Shown: positions 36,828 to 46,343 of the stretch, one piece after another
Numbering within the stretch: the stretch's first letter is position 1
Layout: every line of letters begins with the position of its first letter
Assembly: GCA_036012755.1 (NCBI GenBank)
Contig: DASCPX010000019.1
Location: forward strand, 1 to 64,000
From: Myxococcota bacterium
GTDB lineage: Bacteria > Myxococcota_A > UBA796 > CAJQPC01
Length of the DNA: 64,000 nt
Direction of reading: 5' to 3'
Made by a program: the position numbers and the translations under genes
The notes under the pieces: model-generated
What the model was told of the DNA's origin: nothing
What the model saw: the letters and a program-made list of their open reading frames with translations, nothing else
The model's database searches: none

Positions 36828-38065
36828 CCGCGATCCTCGCGCGGGGGGTGTGATGGCCAGCCGTAGTCGGGCCCGGCGCCATCGAGGAAGCGCCAGGACA
36901 GGACCTGCACGCGCACGGTGGCTCCGGCCGGTCTGGTGCCTTCGTCCGCCGGGATCAGCGTGAGGCCATCGGCCTCGGCCATCGAGGTCAGGACCCCGCT
37001 GGACTGAGTCCCGGTTCCGCTCGCGACGAAGCCCTCTGCGGAGCGGCAGAGCTTGACCCGCGCGAGCTCGGCGCGCCCTGGCCTCGCGCGGATGGCCGAG
37101 GCGAGGACGGCCTCGACGACCGGCAGGTGCGGTCGTGGGTCGCCGAGCGTCTTGCGTATGACGGGCCGCACGAACTGGAAGAAGTTCACCATGCAGCTGA
37201 CGGGGTTCCCGGGGAGGCCGAAGCAGGGCACGCCGCGGACCCTTCCATAGGCCAGGGGCTTGCCGGGCTTCATCGCGACCTTCCAGAAGTCCACCTCTCC
37301 GAGGATGTCCTTGACGTGGTCGAAGTCGCCGACGCTGACCCCGCCGGTGGTGAGCACGAGGTCCGCGCGCAGACAGCTCTCGAGGGCCTCCCGCAGACCC
37401 TCTGGGTCGTCCGGCGCGATGCCGCAGTGGATCGGGACCGCGCCGGCGGCGAGCACCTGCCCCATCAGCGTGATGGTGTTCGAGCTGTAGATCTGACCGG
37501 GTTGGAGCGGCCAGCCCGTCTCGACGACCTCGTCGCCGGTGGAGAGGATGGCGACTCTGGGCTTCTGGGCGACCAGCACCGATGGAAGGCCCAGCGAGCT
37601 GATGAGACCGACCGCCGCCGGGTCCAGCACGCGCCCCTTCGAGAGCACCACCTGGCCGCTGGTGACGTCGCCGCCGCGAGGCCGGATGTTCTGTCCCGCC
37701 GTGGCGGCGTGGTGAATCACGACCTGCTCGTGCCCGCCGTCGGTCTGCTCGATCATGACGACGGCGTCTGCGCCCGCCGGCACCGGAGCACCGGTCATGA
37801 TGCGGCTGCAGCAGCCTCGAACGACCTCTCTGTCCGGGACGCCTCCCGCCGGGATGGTCTCCAGCACCCTCAGGGAGCCAGGCAGATCCGCGGCGATGAC
37901 CGCGAAGCCATCCATCGCCGAGTTGTCCCAGGGCGGCACATCGAGACCAGAGACGATGTCCTCTGCGAGCACGCGCTCGAAGGCCGCCGACAACGGCACG
38001 CGCTCGGGAAGGACCGGTCGAACCGCCGCGAGGACCCTGCGGAGCGCGTCGTCGACAGAGAGCAT
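36821..38065 (-). CDS. moeA: Molybdopterin molybdotransferase
   Basis: SAMDGFA, IMTGAP, STGDE, GGVSVGDFD, KPGKP and GLPGNP motifs. Confidence 0.96.
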   Translation of the reverse strand: MLSVDDALRRVLAAVRPVLPERVPLSAAFERVLAEDIVSGLDVPPWDNSAMDGFAVIAADLPGSLRVLETIPAGGVPDREVVRGCCSRIMTGAPVPAGADAVVMIEQTDGGHEQVVIHHAATAGQNIRPRGGDVTSGQVVLSKGRVLDPAAVGLISSLGLPSVLVAQKPRVAILSTGDEVVETGWPLQPGQIYSSNTITLMGQVLAAGAVPIHCGIAPDDPEGLREALESCLRADLVLTTGGVSVGDFDHVKDILGEVDFWKVAMKPGKPLAYGRVRGVPCFGLPGNPVSCMVNFFQFVRPVIRKTLGDPRPHLPVVEAVLASAIRARPGRAELARVKLCRSAEGFVASGTGTQSSGVLTSMAEADGLTLIPADEGTRPAGATVRVQVLSWRFLDGAGPDYGWPSHPPREDRGC

Positions 38066-39768
38066 CAGTCCACCCGAATGCGGAGCTTCTGCCCGACATG
38101 GATCGTCGAGCCGGACAGGTCGTTCCAGTCCTTGAGCTCCCCGACCGAGCAGCCGTTGGCCTGGGCGATGCGGCCCAGCGAGTCGCCCGAGCGAACCTCG
38201 TAGACCTTCCAGTCGTCGCTGGGACCGTAGAGCCTGAGCGTCTGCCCCGCCTGGATCCTGGAGGCGTCGCTGATGCCGTTCCACTCCATGACCTGGGAGG
38301 GTGTCACCCCGAAGTCCTTCGCGATGCCGCTGATCGTGTCGCCGCTCTTCACCGTGTAGACGAGCTGGGTCGTAGAGGCGGCGTCGCCCCCGCGGATCGT
38401 CAGCTTCTGGCCGACGCGGATGTGGTCGGCGTCGCCAAGGTCGTTCCACTCGACGATGTCGGCCACAGCGACCCCGTAGCGGGTCGCGATGGCGGCGATC
38501 GTGTCCCCGCTCCGGACCGTGTGGACCGTCGTGGTCCGCGGGGGCTCGGGCACGGGCGCGAGCTCGGCGGACACCCCCTGCATGGGAATGACCAGCTCCA
38601 TGCCGACGTAGATCCTGCTGGGGTCAGCGATGCGGTTGACCTTCGCGATCTCCGTCTGGCTGACCCCGTACTTCGAGGCGATGCCCGAGAGGGTCTCGCC
38701 GCGGTTGACCTCGTGTCGCCGGTAGCTGATGCGCTCGCTCGGCGGGATGGCCTCGAAGCACACGGCGAAGGTCTCGGCGCTGCCCTCCGGCAGGTGGACC
38801 AGCGTCGTCCCATCGGGCGGAGTCGCCCCGCGCAGCAGGCTCGGGTTCAACTCGACGATCTCGGTCTCGGTGGTCTCCGCGCACCCGGCGATGACGTCGA
38901 GGGTGACGGCCCCATGCACCTCGACCGACTGATAGCGCAGCTCGCCCTGGGGCTCGATGTCCGTGAAGCCGTAGCGCTCCGGGTGCTTGCCGATGATGGC
39001 GGCGGCGATGACCTTCGGGACGTAGTTCCGGGTCTCCTCGGCGAGGGTCTCCTGCTGCGCCAGGACCCAGAAGTCGCGGGTGCCGTGGCGCTTGATGGCG
39101 CCGTTGACGCGCCCTGGCCCGGCGTTGTAGCTGGCCCAGGCCAGGTACCAGTCGTCCTGGAGCTGGTAGAGGTCAGCCAGGTACGCGAGGGCTGCGCGCG
39201 TCGAGGCTTCCGGGTCGACCCGCTCGTCAGCCCAGTAGTCGACGCGCAGGCCGTAGGCCCGAGCGGTGGGCGCCATGAACTGCCACAGGCCCACGGCCGA
39301 GGCGAAGCTGCGAGCCGAGTTCGAGAACCCGGACTCGATCATCGACACGTAGACGAGATCCTGGGGGAGACCAGCGTCCTCCAGGGCCTTTTGCATCATC
39401 GGCCGGTAGCGGCTCTCCCGAGCCAGGTAGAGCGAGAACCACTTGCGTCCCCGGCCCGTGAAGTACCGCATCCACTTCTCGACCATCGGGTTGATGTCGA
39501 TCGGGATGTCGAAGTCAGCCTCGTCGACCTCGGCGAGGTGGAGTGGGTCCACCGCGAGCGCCGCGACGGGGTCCGTGTAGAGGCGCAGGTCAGGCTCCCG
39601 ACCGAGCACTCCGACCCCCAGGAAGCGCTGCTCGTCGAAGCGCTCGTCCGCCAGCTCGCGCGAAGCTGCGACCTCGTCAGCCGAGAGCGACACGCCCTTC
39701 TCGGCTTCGAGGGTCTCCCAGATCCCAGGTTGTTCGGCCCAGGACAGTGTGGCCAAGAGCGCCAGCAA
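38065..39768 (-). CDS. mltD: MltD-like lytic transglycosylase with LysM domains
   Basis: IESG, AVGLWQFM, ASYNAG and ETRNYVPK motifs; four clear C-terminal LysM repeats. Confidence 0.92.
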   Translation of the reverse strand: MLALLATLSWAEQPGIWETLEAEKGVSLSADEVAASRELADERFDEQRFLGVGVLGREPDLRLYTDPVAALAVDPLHLAEVDEADFDIPIDINPMVEKWMRYFTGRGRKWFSLYLARESRYRPMMQKALEDAGLPQDLVYVSMIESGFSNSARSFASAVGLWQFMAPTARAYGLRVDYWADERVDPEASTRAALAYLADLYQLQDDWYLAWASYNAGPGRVNGAIKRHGTRDFWVLAQQETLAEETRNYVPKVIAAAIIGKHPERYGFTDIEPQGELRYQSVEVHGAVTLDVIAGCAETTETEIVELNPSLLRGATPPDGTTLVHLPEGSAETFAVCFEAIPPSERISYRRHEVNRGETLSGIASKYGVSQTEIAKVNRIADPSRIYVGMELVIPMQGVSAELAPVPEPPRTTTVHTVRSGDTIAAIATRYGVAVADIVEWNDLGDADHIRVGQKLTIRGGDAASTTQLVYTVKSGDTISGIAKDFGVTPSQVMEWNGISDASRIQAGQTLRLYGPSDDWKVYEVRSGDSLGRIAQANGCSVGELKDWNDLSGSTIHVGQKLRIRVD

Positions 39769-39815
39769 GCGGACTCCGCAAAGGCCGCTCCTATCCGACC
39801 GGGATACAAGCAGCC

Positions 39816-40997
39816 ATGGCCCGGGTAGTGGTCGTCACAGAGGACGAGGCGCTCCGGGATCGGCTCCGGGAGAGCATCCTGCGGGTCGGCCACCCCGTCC
39901 GGACGGCTTCGGACTGGGACGGACTCCTGCGGGAGCTGACCGATCCGGCCTGCGCGTTGATGCTCGTCGATGGGCGCCTCCCGCAGCTCCTTCCAGCCGC
40001 GTTGGTGGGCCTCGCGGCTTCCCTGCGCCATGCGCCCCGGGTTCGCAGCGTCGGCCGACCGGCCCCACCGCTGACACCCGTCAGGACCGAGCAGCTGGCG
40101 CTCCTGGTGACCCGCAGCGCGCGACGCGTGCCCGGAGCGGAACGGCACGAACTCCGGCTGCTCGGCCTCGGAAAGGACACCTTCAAGCTCCTCGCCACCG
40201 CTGCCAACGCCGACCTCCCCGTGCTCTTCGTCGGAGAGGTTGGCACCGGGAAGAAGCGTCTCGCCAGGGCCCTGCACGCGCGCACGGGCGCTGCCGGTCC
40301 CTTCCACCAGGGCACAGAGGTCCTCGATGGTCCGCCCGGCACCCTCTACATCGCTGGAGCCGCCAGCGCTGACGACCTGGACCAGATCGCCGAGATAGCC
40401 CGAGACCGCCGGTGGCGCGTCTGCGCCGGACTCCGCACCCCGCTGCACCTGCCGGCGTGGCGCCACTTGACGTTGCGACCTCTCCGCGAGCGCCCCAACG
40501 AGCTTCGCAGGCTCCTGAACCTGTACCTCGAGCGCTACCGGATGCGCCTGGGGCTGCCACGCAGACGCCTCGACCGGGCGCTGTGGAAGCTGGTCCGGCG
40601 CCACAGGTGGCCGACAAACGCCAGGGAGATGGAGGGCTTCATCGTCCAGTGCCTGACCTCCACCACCGGAGCGATCATCCGCGCAGAGGACCTGCCCGAG
40701 CGGGTTCGCCAGGCGGTCGACCGACCCCCGCACGCCGCGGCCATCGAGCAGGTACGCAGCCTCGAGCGCCTGGCCGAGGAGCGCCTCGCCCCGCTGGTGG
40801 ACTCGCTGGAGGTGGACTCGGACATCCCCGTTCACCGCCTGACCGTCGAGGCCACCGAGAGGGCGCTGATCCGACTCGCCCTGAGACGAACTGGCGGAGA
40901 TCAGAAAGCTGCCGCCGAGCTGCTCGGGATCGCGCGGAACACCCTTCGAGCGAAGGGCATAGCATACGGACTCATTCACCCGAGGCGGCGCGAGTGA
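39816..40997 (+). CDS. Degenerate NtrC-like regulator (REC-like, shortened AAA+, Fis HTH)
   Basis: GEVGTGK, PLRER, WP.NARE and AA.LLGIARNTL motifs; no GAFTGA. Confidence 0.8.
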   Translation: MARVVVVTEDEALRDRLRESILRVGHPVRTASDWDGLLRELTDPACALMLVDGRLPQLLPAALVGLAASLRHAPRVRSVGRPAPPLTPVRTEQLALLVTRSARRVPGAERHELRLLGLGKDTFKLLATAANADLPVLFVGEVGTGKKRLARALHARTGAAGPFHQGTEVLDGPPGTLYIAGAASADDLDQIAEIARDRRWRVCAGLRTPLHLPAWRHLTLRPLRERPNELRRLLNLYLERYRMRLGLPRRRLDRALWKLVRRHRWPTNAREMEGFIVQCLTSTTGAIIRAEDLPERVRQAVDRPPHAAAIEQVRSLERLAEERLAPLVDSLEVDSDIPVHRLTVEATERALIRLALRRTGGDQKAAAELLGIARNTLRAKGIAYGLIHPRRRE

Positions 40998-41563
40998 TCC
41001 AGGGTCTGTATGGAATTACCGACTCCGGATTCGGCGACCCGGTAGCGCTCGGGCTGGCCTGGCTCGATGGCGGCGCCAGGGTGCTGCAGGTCCGATGCAA
41101 GGGCTGGCCAGAGGCCCGGGTCCGGTCGGTCCTGCTCCAGCTCCGGGAGCCCTGCCGGCGCGCTGGTGTGCCGATCATCGTTAACGATCATCATGCCTTG
41201 GCGGAGTTCTGCGATGGCGTCCACCTCGGCCAGACAGACGGGTCCTTTCCCCAGACGCGAGGGCTCCGCGGGCGCTCGACCCACAGCCTCGAGCAGCTCG
41301 AGGCGGCGCTGTCAGAGGGCGTCGACTACGTCGGCTTTGGCCCTGTGTTCAGTACAGCTACGAAGTCCGGTGTGGGCACGGGCCAGGGTCTCGCGGCCCT
41401 CTCGGAGGTGGTGCGAGCCTCGACGGTTCCGGTGGTGGCGATCGGCGGCATCGGCCCCTCGAACCTCGCCGCCGTGAAGGAGACGGGGGCTGTCGCGTGG
41501 GCCGTGATCTCAGCGGTCCTCGGGGCTCCGGATCCGGTCGCAGCAGCCCGCCTGCTTGGCTGA
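40994..41563 (+). CDS. thiE: Thiamine-phosphate synthase
   Basis: Q.R.K, IVND, GVHLGQ.D, G.STH, GPVF.TATK and VAIGGI motifs. Confidence 0.93.
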   Translation: MIQGLYGITDSGFGDPVALGLAWLDGGARVLQVRCKGWPEARVRSVLLQLREPCRRAGVPIIVNDHHALAEFCDGVHLGQTDGSFPQTRGLRGRSTHSLEQLEAALSEGVDYVGFGPVFSTATKSGVGTGQGLAALSEVVRASTVPVVAIGGIGPSNLAAVKETGAVAWAVISAVLGAPDPVAAARLLG

Positions 41564-42771
41564 ACGAGGGCATCGAGCAGGGCGCGGGCCTTCAGGTCCG
41601 ACTCCTCGAGCTCCCGCAGCGGATCAGAGTCGGCGACCAGCCCGCAGCCGACGTGGAACTCGGCGAGGTCGTCCACCACCGTCGCCGTGCGGATGGCGAC
41701 GCTGAGCTCGGCGTCGCCCGCATCGTCGAACCAGCCGATGGCTCCCGTGTACACGCCGCGGGGGGTGGCCTCCAGGTCGTGGATGACGGACATCGCCAGG
41801 ACCTTCGGTGCCCCGGTCACGGAGCCCGGCGGGAAGCTGGCGTCGACGAGGTCGAAGACATCGCCGCGGAGGCGTCCGCGGACCGACTGCTCGGCGTGGA
41901 GCAGCGTGGGCAGCTCGCGAATCCGTCGGGCTCCAGCGACAACGCTCCCGGGAACGCACACACGCCCGATGTCGTTTCGGACGAGGTCGACGATCATCGT
42001 GAGCTCTGCCCGTTCCTTGGCGCTGACCTCCAGCTCGTCCCGGAGTCCCAACGGACGCGTGCCCTTGATCGGCCGACTCTCCACCTCGCCATCGCGGACC
42101 CGCAGGAAGAGCTCCGGGCTGTTGGACAGGACGCAGCCCTCTGGAGAGACGAGGTAGGCGCCGTGGCTCGCCGGACTGCGCCGGCGGAGCCGCAGGTAGG
42201 CCTCCAGCGGGTCGCCGACTCCATCCACCAGGATGCGCCGGGCGAGGTTCACCTGGTAGCAGTCGCCCCGCGCGATGCGGTCGAGGACCCTTCCGACACC
42301 AACGAGAAAACGCTGCGGGTTGCCTCGATCGACCAGCTGCCCGCTGGCCCCCGGAGGTCCCTCCTCGACGGCACCGACGACGGCGGCTCGAGCCTCTGCG
42401 AGGAAGCGCTCGGGGCCCACGGCGATCCACCGTCCCCTTCGGCGATGCAAGGCCCCCTCGTAGCGCCGAAGGCAGAGATCCGGGAGCCGACGTGGGGCTC
42501 GCGGAGCGGGCATGCGCTCGCACCAGCGGCCGGTTTCGTAGCCCAGCCAACCCACCAGCCCCGACACGAAACCCAGGGGGTGACGGTGTCGAGGAGAGAG
42601 CATGTGGCGAGCCGAGCGGATCCAGTCGGGGCCCTCGCGGACCTCGTCGCTGGCGCCCCAGACGAGGAAACCCTCGTCGCCGGAGTCGAACCAGACGAGA
42701 TCGTCGCGCGCGGCCAGGGCCCCCGCGACCGCAGCGGTGGAGGGAGTCGGTGCAAGCTCGATGGTCCGCAC
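41326..42771 (-). CDS. pabB: Aminodeoxychorismate synthase component I / TrpE-family protein
   Basis: YQVNL, SPELF, PIKGT, MIVDL.RND, FP.GSVTGAPK and RG.YTG motifs. Confidence 0.88.
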   Translation of the reverse strand: MRTIELAPTPSTAAVAGALAARDDLVWFDSGDEGFLVWGASDEVREGPDWIRSARHMLSPRHRHPLGFVSGLVGWLGYETGRWCERMPAPRAPRRLPDLCLRRYEGALHRRRGRWIAVGPERFLAEARAAVVGAVEEGPPGASGQLVDRGNPQRFLVGVGRVLDRIARGDCYQVNLARRILVDGVGDPLEAYLRLRRRSPASHGAYLVSPEGCVLSNSPELFLRVRDGEVESRPIKGTRPLGLRDELEVSAKERAELTMIVDLVRNDIGRVCVPGSVVAGARRIRELPTLLHAEQSVRGRLRGDVFDLVDASFPPGSVTGAPKVLAMSVIHDLEATPRGVYTGAIGWFDDAGDAELSVAIRTATVVDDLAEFHVGCGLVADSDPLRELEESDLKARALLDALVQPSRRAAATGSGAPRTAEITAHATAPVSFTAARFEGPMPPIATTGTVEARTTSERAARPWPVPTPDFVAVLNTGPKPT

Positions 42772-42844
42772 GAGCGAGCCGGCTAACTCGCGCGCAGAGC
42801 CCCGTCAGTGGTAGAAGAGTGGAAGCAGGAGGTCCCCGGGACGC

Positions 42845-45034
42845 ATGCACGTCCTGATCGTCGACGACAACGTGGGCTTCTCCCGGCTGCTGCGCAACCA
42901 GCTCGTTCCGGACGGCTTCGCTGTGTCCGCCACCAACGACCCCGCCGGAGCCCGCGCCTCGGCGCTGGCGAACCAGCCGAACGTGCTCGTGGTGGACGCC
43001 GACCTCCCGAGGGGCGGAGCAGAGCTGGCTCTGGAGGGCATCTGCGAGGTGCTGAAGGCCTCGGTCCATACCTTCCTGCTGACGGATCGCTCCCCGGAGA
43101 AGCCGGACATCGTCGCACTGGCGGAGTCCTTCGGCGCCAAGCGGATCCTGGTGCGGCCGATCCCCATGCTGCAGTTCGCGGAGATGATCCACGAGATCCT
43201 CGCCAGCGAGCCTCGGACGCACCCAGCGCCGACAGATGAGGTCTCCGAGCGGCCTGTCGCCCCGTGGGAGCGGGATCCGAACTGGGGAATGAAGCGCCCG
43301 GAGCCGAAGGCCCGGACCTCTCGTCCGGTGCGGGACGACCCGACACTGCCGCCCCTCGAGACGATGTCCGAGGGGTCCATCGGTGCAGTGCTCCTGCCTC
43401 CTGAGCCCCGACCGGGCGCGGAGCCGGTGGCTCCCTTCCAGCGCCCGACAGCGCCTTGGGAAGAAGACGCAGAGTGGGGACGCGACAGCGAGCCCGCCGC
43501 CTCCCAGAAGGAGGGCAGGGAGCTGCCCCCGAGCCCGCCGCCCCTCGCGCCTCCCGTGACCCGCGCGATGCACATCAGGCCGAGCAAAGAGGCAGAGCCC
43601 GAGCCCGAAGTGCCGCTCCAACGCCAGCGGGTCCTGAACATCGGCATCCTGCGCACCCTCACCAAGATCTGGGGACGCCGCCAGTCGGGCACGTTGAAGG
43701 CGGCGAACCACCCCGGGACGGCGCTGTTCGCGGATGGAGCGCCCGCGGACGTCATGAGCGAGATCTTCGCGAAGGAGTCTCTGGAGTCGACCCTGGATCT
43801 GACCTTCAGCGAGACCCGGAGCAAGCCCAACCACCGTCGCCCGAGCTTCACGAGCATCCTCTGGGGAGCCGCGATGGAGCTCGCAGAGCCTCGCTTCATA
43901 CGTTTCAACGGCGGCAAGGCACTGGGAGACTGCGCATGGCCTGCCACCCTGGACGAGCTGCCGATCCACCAGGACATCAGGAAGATCGCCGCCTCCGCCG
44001 ACGGCTACATCAACCTCTCCGATCTCATCGATGCCATCAGCGTCACCGACGTCAAGCGTGTAGGCGAAGAGCTCTCGGCCTTGGAGTGCATGGGGATCTT
44101 GAAGTTCGCCCCGGTGCGCGAGGCCAAGGTGAGCAAACCCCTGCTCTTCCGGCCACCGGAGCCGGAGGCGCCAGCCGTGGTCGTCGAGACCGGGTCACAG
44201 CGTCGCAGCGGCCGCCTGCGCATCGTCGACGACCTCGCCGACGAAGAGCTCCGGGACGCGGGACTCGCCCCAGAACAGACGCCGGTCTCGGGCGAGCCGT
44301 CGCTCGACGAGGAACCGACGCGGGACGGGCCGCCGCGCCCGAGAAGGGCTCGCAGCTTGAGGCAAGCCCAGATGGAGCTCAAGCGCCTGCGACGCGAAAA
44401 GGAACACCTCTCGCGCGCCGACGAGTGGACCGTGCTGGGCATCCCGCCGACGGACAATCGCGCCCTCGTGAAGGCCGCGGCAGCCCGCATGAAGCAGCGC
44501 TACGACGACCTGGCGGGGGACGACGGCATCCACGACGAGGCCCGCCGAATCGCGGCAGAGCTCAGCGTGATGGTCGAACGAGCCGCCGAGATGGCCCGGC
44601 CTCCGTCGGACAACCCCCTGAAGGCCTCGCGCGAGGACCAGGCCTTCCTGGCGGGGGAGCGAGCCATGGCCGCCAAGGACTGGGAGACCGCCGTTGGCTG
44701 CTTCCGGACCGCCTACAAGGCCGACCTCGACAACGCCGCCTTCATGGGGCACCTGGGCTGGGCCATGTGGCGCCTGGCCGAGCACAAGCACGACGCCGAC
44801 GCCTCGAAGCTCCGGGACGATGGGATCGAGATGCTGCGGCTGTCCGACCAGTTCGACAACGGCAGCGACCAGATCCAGCTCTACCTGGCGACCGCCGAAC
44901 GAGAGAGGGGCGAGTTTGCCCGCGCCGAAGCCCGCTGCATCCGCATCCAGAAGCGCGAGCCGAGCTTCCCGGGCGTGGACATGCTGCTGGACGAGATCCG
45001 GCGCGCAAAGGCCGCGAATACGCCCAAGACCTGA
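42845..45034 (+). CDS. Response regulator with Pro-rich linker, J-like domain and TPR
   Basis: N-terminal REC (VLIVDD); W.VLGI J-like segment; C-terminal TPR-like helices. Confidence 0.82.
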   Translation: MHVLIVDDNVGFSRLLRNQLVPDGFAVSATNDPAGARASALANQPNVLVVDADLPRGGAELALEGICEVLKASVHTFLLTDRSPEKPDIVALAESFGAKRILVRPIPMLQFAEMIHEILASEPRTHPAPTDEVSERPVAPWERDPNWGMKRPEPKARTSRPVRDDPTLPPLETMSEGSIGAVLLPPEPRPGAEPVAPFQRPTAPWEEDAEWGRDSEPAASQKEGRELPPSPPPLAPPVTRAMHIRPSKEAEPEPEVPLQRQRVLNIGILRTLTKIWGRRQSGTLKAANHPGTALFADGAPADVMSEIFAKESLESTLDLTFSETRSKPNHRRPSFTSILWGAAMELAEPRFIRFNGGKALGDCAWPATLDELPIHQDIRKIAASADGYINLSDLIDAISVTDVKRVGEELSALECMGILKFAPVREAKVSKPLLFRPPEPEAPAVVVETGSQRRSGRLRIVDDLADEELRDAGLAPEQTPVSGEPSLDEEPTRDGPPRPRRARSLRQAQMELKRLRREKEHLSRADEWTVLGIPPTDNRALVKAAAARMKQRYDDLAGDDGIHDEARRIAAELSVMVERAAEMARPPSDNPLKASREDQAFLAGERAMAAKDWETAVGCFRTAYKADLDNAAFMGHLGWAMWRLAEHKHDADASKLRDDGIEMLRLSDQFDNGSDQIQLYLATAERERGEFARAEARCIRIQKREPSFPGVDMLLDEIRRAKAANTPKT

Positions 45035-45038
45035 GCGG

Positions 45039-46343
45039 TCAGTCCATCTCGTCCGGCCGGATGTCGTTGCTGAAGTCCGGCGGGGGGACGTCGTCGTAGT
45101 CAGGCTCGGGGAGCCCGACCGTTTCGCGGCCATCGGTGGGCTCTGCGCCTGGAAGGCGACGAGGTGTGGAGGCGCGCTCGAAGTCGGCCTCGAAGCCCTC
45201 GTCGTCCTCGTACTCCTCGTCGTCGTACTCCTCGTCGTCGTACTCCTCGTCGTCGTATTCCTCGTCGTCGCTGCGCGGACGCACGGGTGAGCCCCCGTCC
45301 TCCTCCGCCTGGAGGCGGTCACGACGCTCCCGAATACGGTCCTGGCGCTCATCCCGGCGAGCCTCGACCTCGTCCGGGTCGAAGTCGGTTCTCGGTGAGC
45401 GCAGGGTCGTCGTCCGAGAAGAGCCCGACAGCGAGCTCGAGGAGCTGCGGTTCCAGCGCCAGCTCGGACGCTCGAAGGTCCCGATCACGCCGCCGAGGTA
45501 GGCGCCGTCATCCGTCTTCGCCCGCTTCATGTCACCGTAGAGATCCGCCAGCGTCGCGAGCTTCTCGTCCAGCAGTGTCAGCTCCACGTCGACGCTCAGG
45601 CGGCTGCGCTTCAGCGGCATCGCCAGGCTGATCTCGCCGCTGAGCTCGGCCTCGAGCACGTCGCTGAGGAAGACACCCTCCTCCACCTCCGCCCGGCCGT
45701 CGTCGATGTCGAAGCTCAGGACGGCCTCTGTGAAGGTCATCGGGGGCAGGTCGAAGCCCGCCACCTTGCTGCCCTCGCCGATGGCGAGCCCGGGGAGCCC
45801 GAGCTCCAGCGTGCCCGTGCTCTGTTTCACGTCCGCGGCGTCGAAGACGATGTCGACGACAGCGTCGAAGGTGCCCGACAGATCGACGCTGCCACCATCG
45901 AAGTCGAAGGGATAGCGGGCCAGATCGAGGCCCTCGACCTCTGCCTCGATGTCGCTGGTCTCGTCGGTCTGGATCACGGTACCGACGACATCCCCGCCGT
46001 AGAGCTCCGCGTCGAAGGCCACGCCGACGTCGCCGCCGACGAGCTTCGACGGGAGCGCACGGGCCGAGACACGGTCGGCCTGCACCAGCAGCTCGGGGAC
46101 GGACTCCTCGCCGCGACGAGCCCTCGGCACCGAGTAGAGCCTGGGCGACTCCAGCGAGACCCCCGTGGCCCGCCATGGCGCCGTGCCAGCCAGCTCCAGC
46201 AGCATCTCGCCGCGGCTGGCGTCATCGACTTCGTAGACGAGGCGGTCTCTCAGTGCCTCGCCAGGGAAGGTCAAGTGGAGTCCGAGCATGAAGAAGCCGA
46301 CGGTCCACAGGACACCCAGGACGGCGAGCGCGAGCTTCTGCAT
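45039..46343 (-). CDS. gspN: Type II secretion protein N
   Basis: N-terminal TM followed by TFP; beta-rich body; last gene of the gsp operon. Confidence 0.8.
   Translation of the reverse strand: MQKLALAVLGVLWTVGFFMLGLHLTFPGEALRDRLVYEVDDASRGEMLLELAGTAPWRATGVSLESPRLYSVPRARRGEESVPELLVQADRVSARALPSKLVGGDVGVAFDAELYGGDVVGTVIQTDETSDIEAEVEGLDLARYPFDFDGGSVDLSGTFDAVVDIVFDAADVKQSTGTLELGLPGLAIGEGSKVAGFDLPPMTFTEAVLSFDIDDGRAEVEEGVFLSDVLEAELSGEISLAMPLKRSRLSVDVELTLLDEKLATLADLYGDMKRAKTDDGAYLGGVIGTFERPSWRWNRSSSSSLSGSSRTTTLRSPRTDFDPDEVEARRDERQDRIRERRDRLQAEEDGGSPVRPRSDDEEYDDEEYDDEEYDDEEYEDDEGFEADFERASTPRRLPGAEPTDGRETVGLPEPDYDDVPPPDFSNDIRPDEMD
45211..45270 (-). repeat. 4 x 15-bp tandem repeat encoding (DDEEY)4
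   Basis: TACTCCTCGTCGTCG repeated four times on the + strand. Confidence 0.85.

Noticed and set aside
33462..36866. 1134-aa plus-strand ORF and similar long ORFs (9402-11582, 55749-58031, 41624-43969)
   Set aside because: Antisense or alternate-frame shadows of clear genes; expected at high GC.
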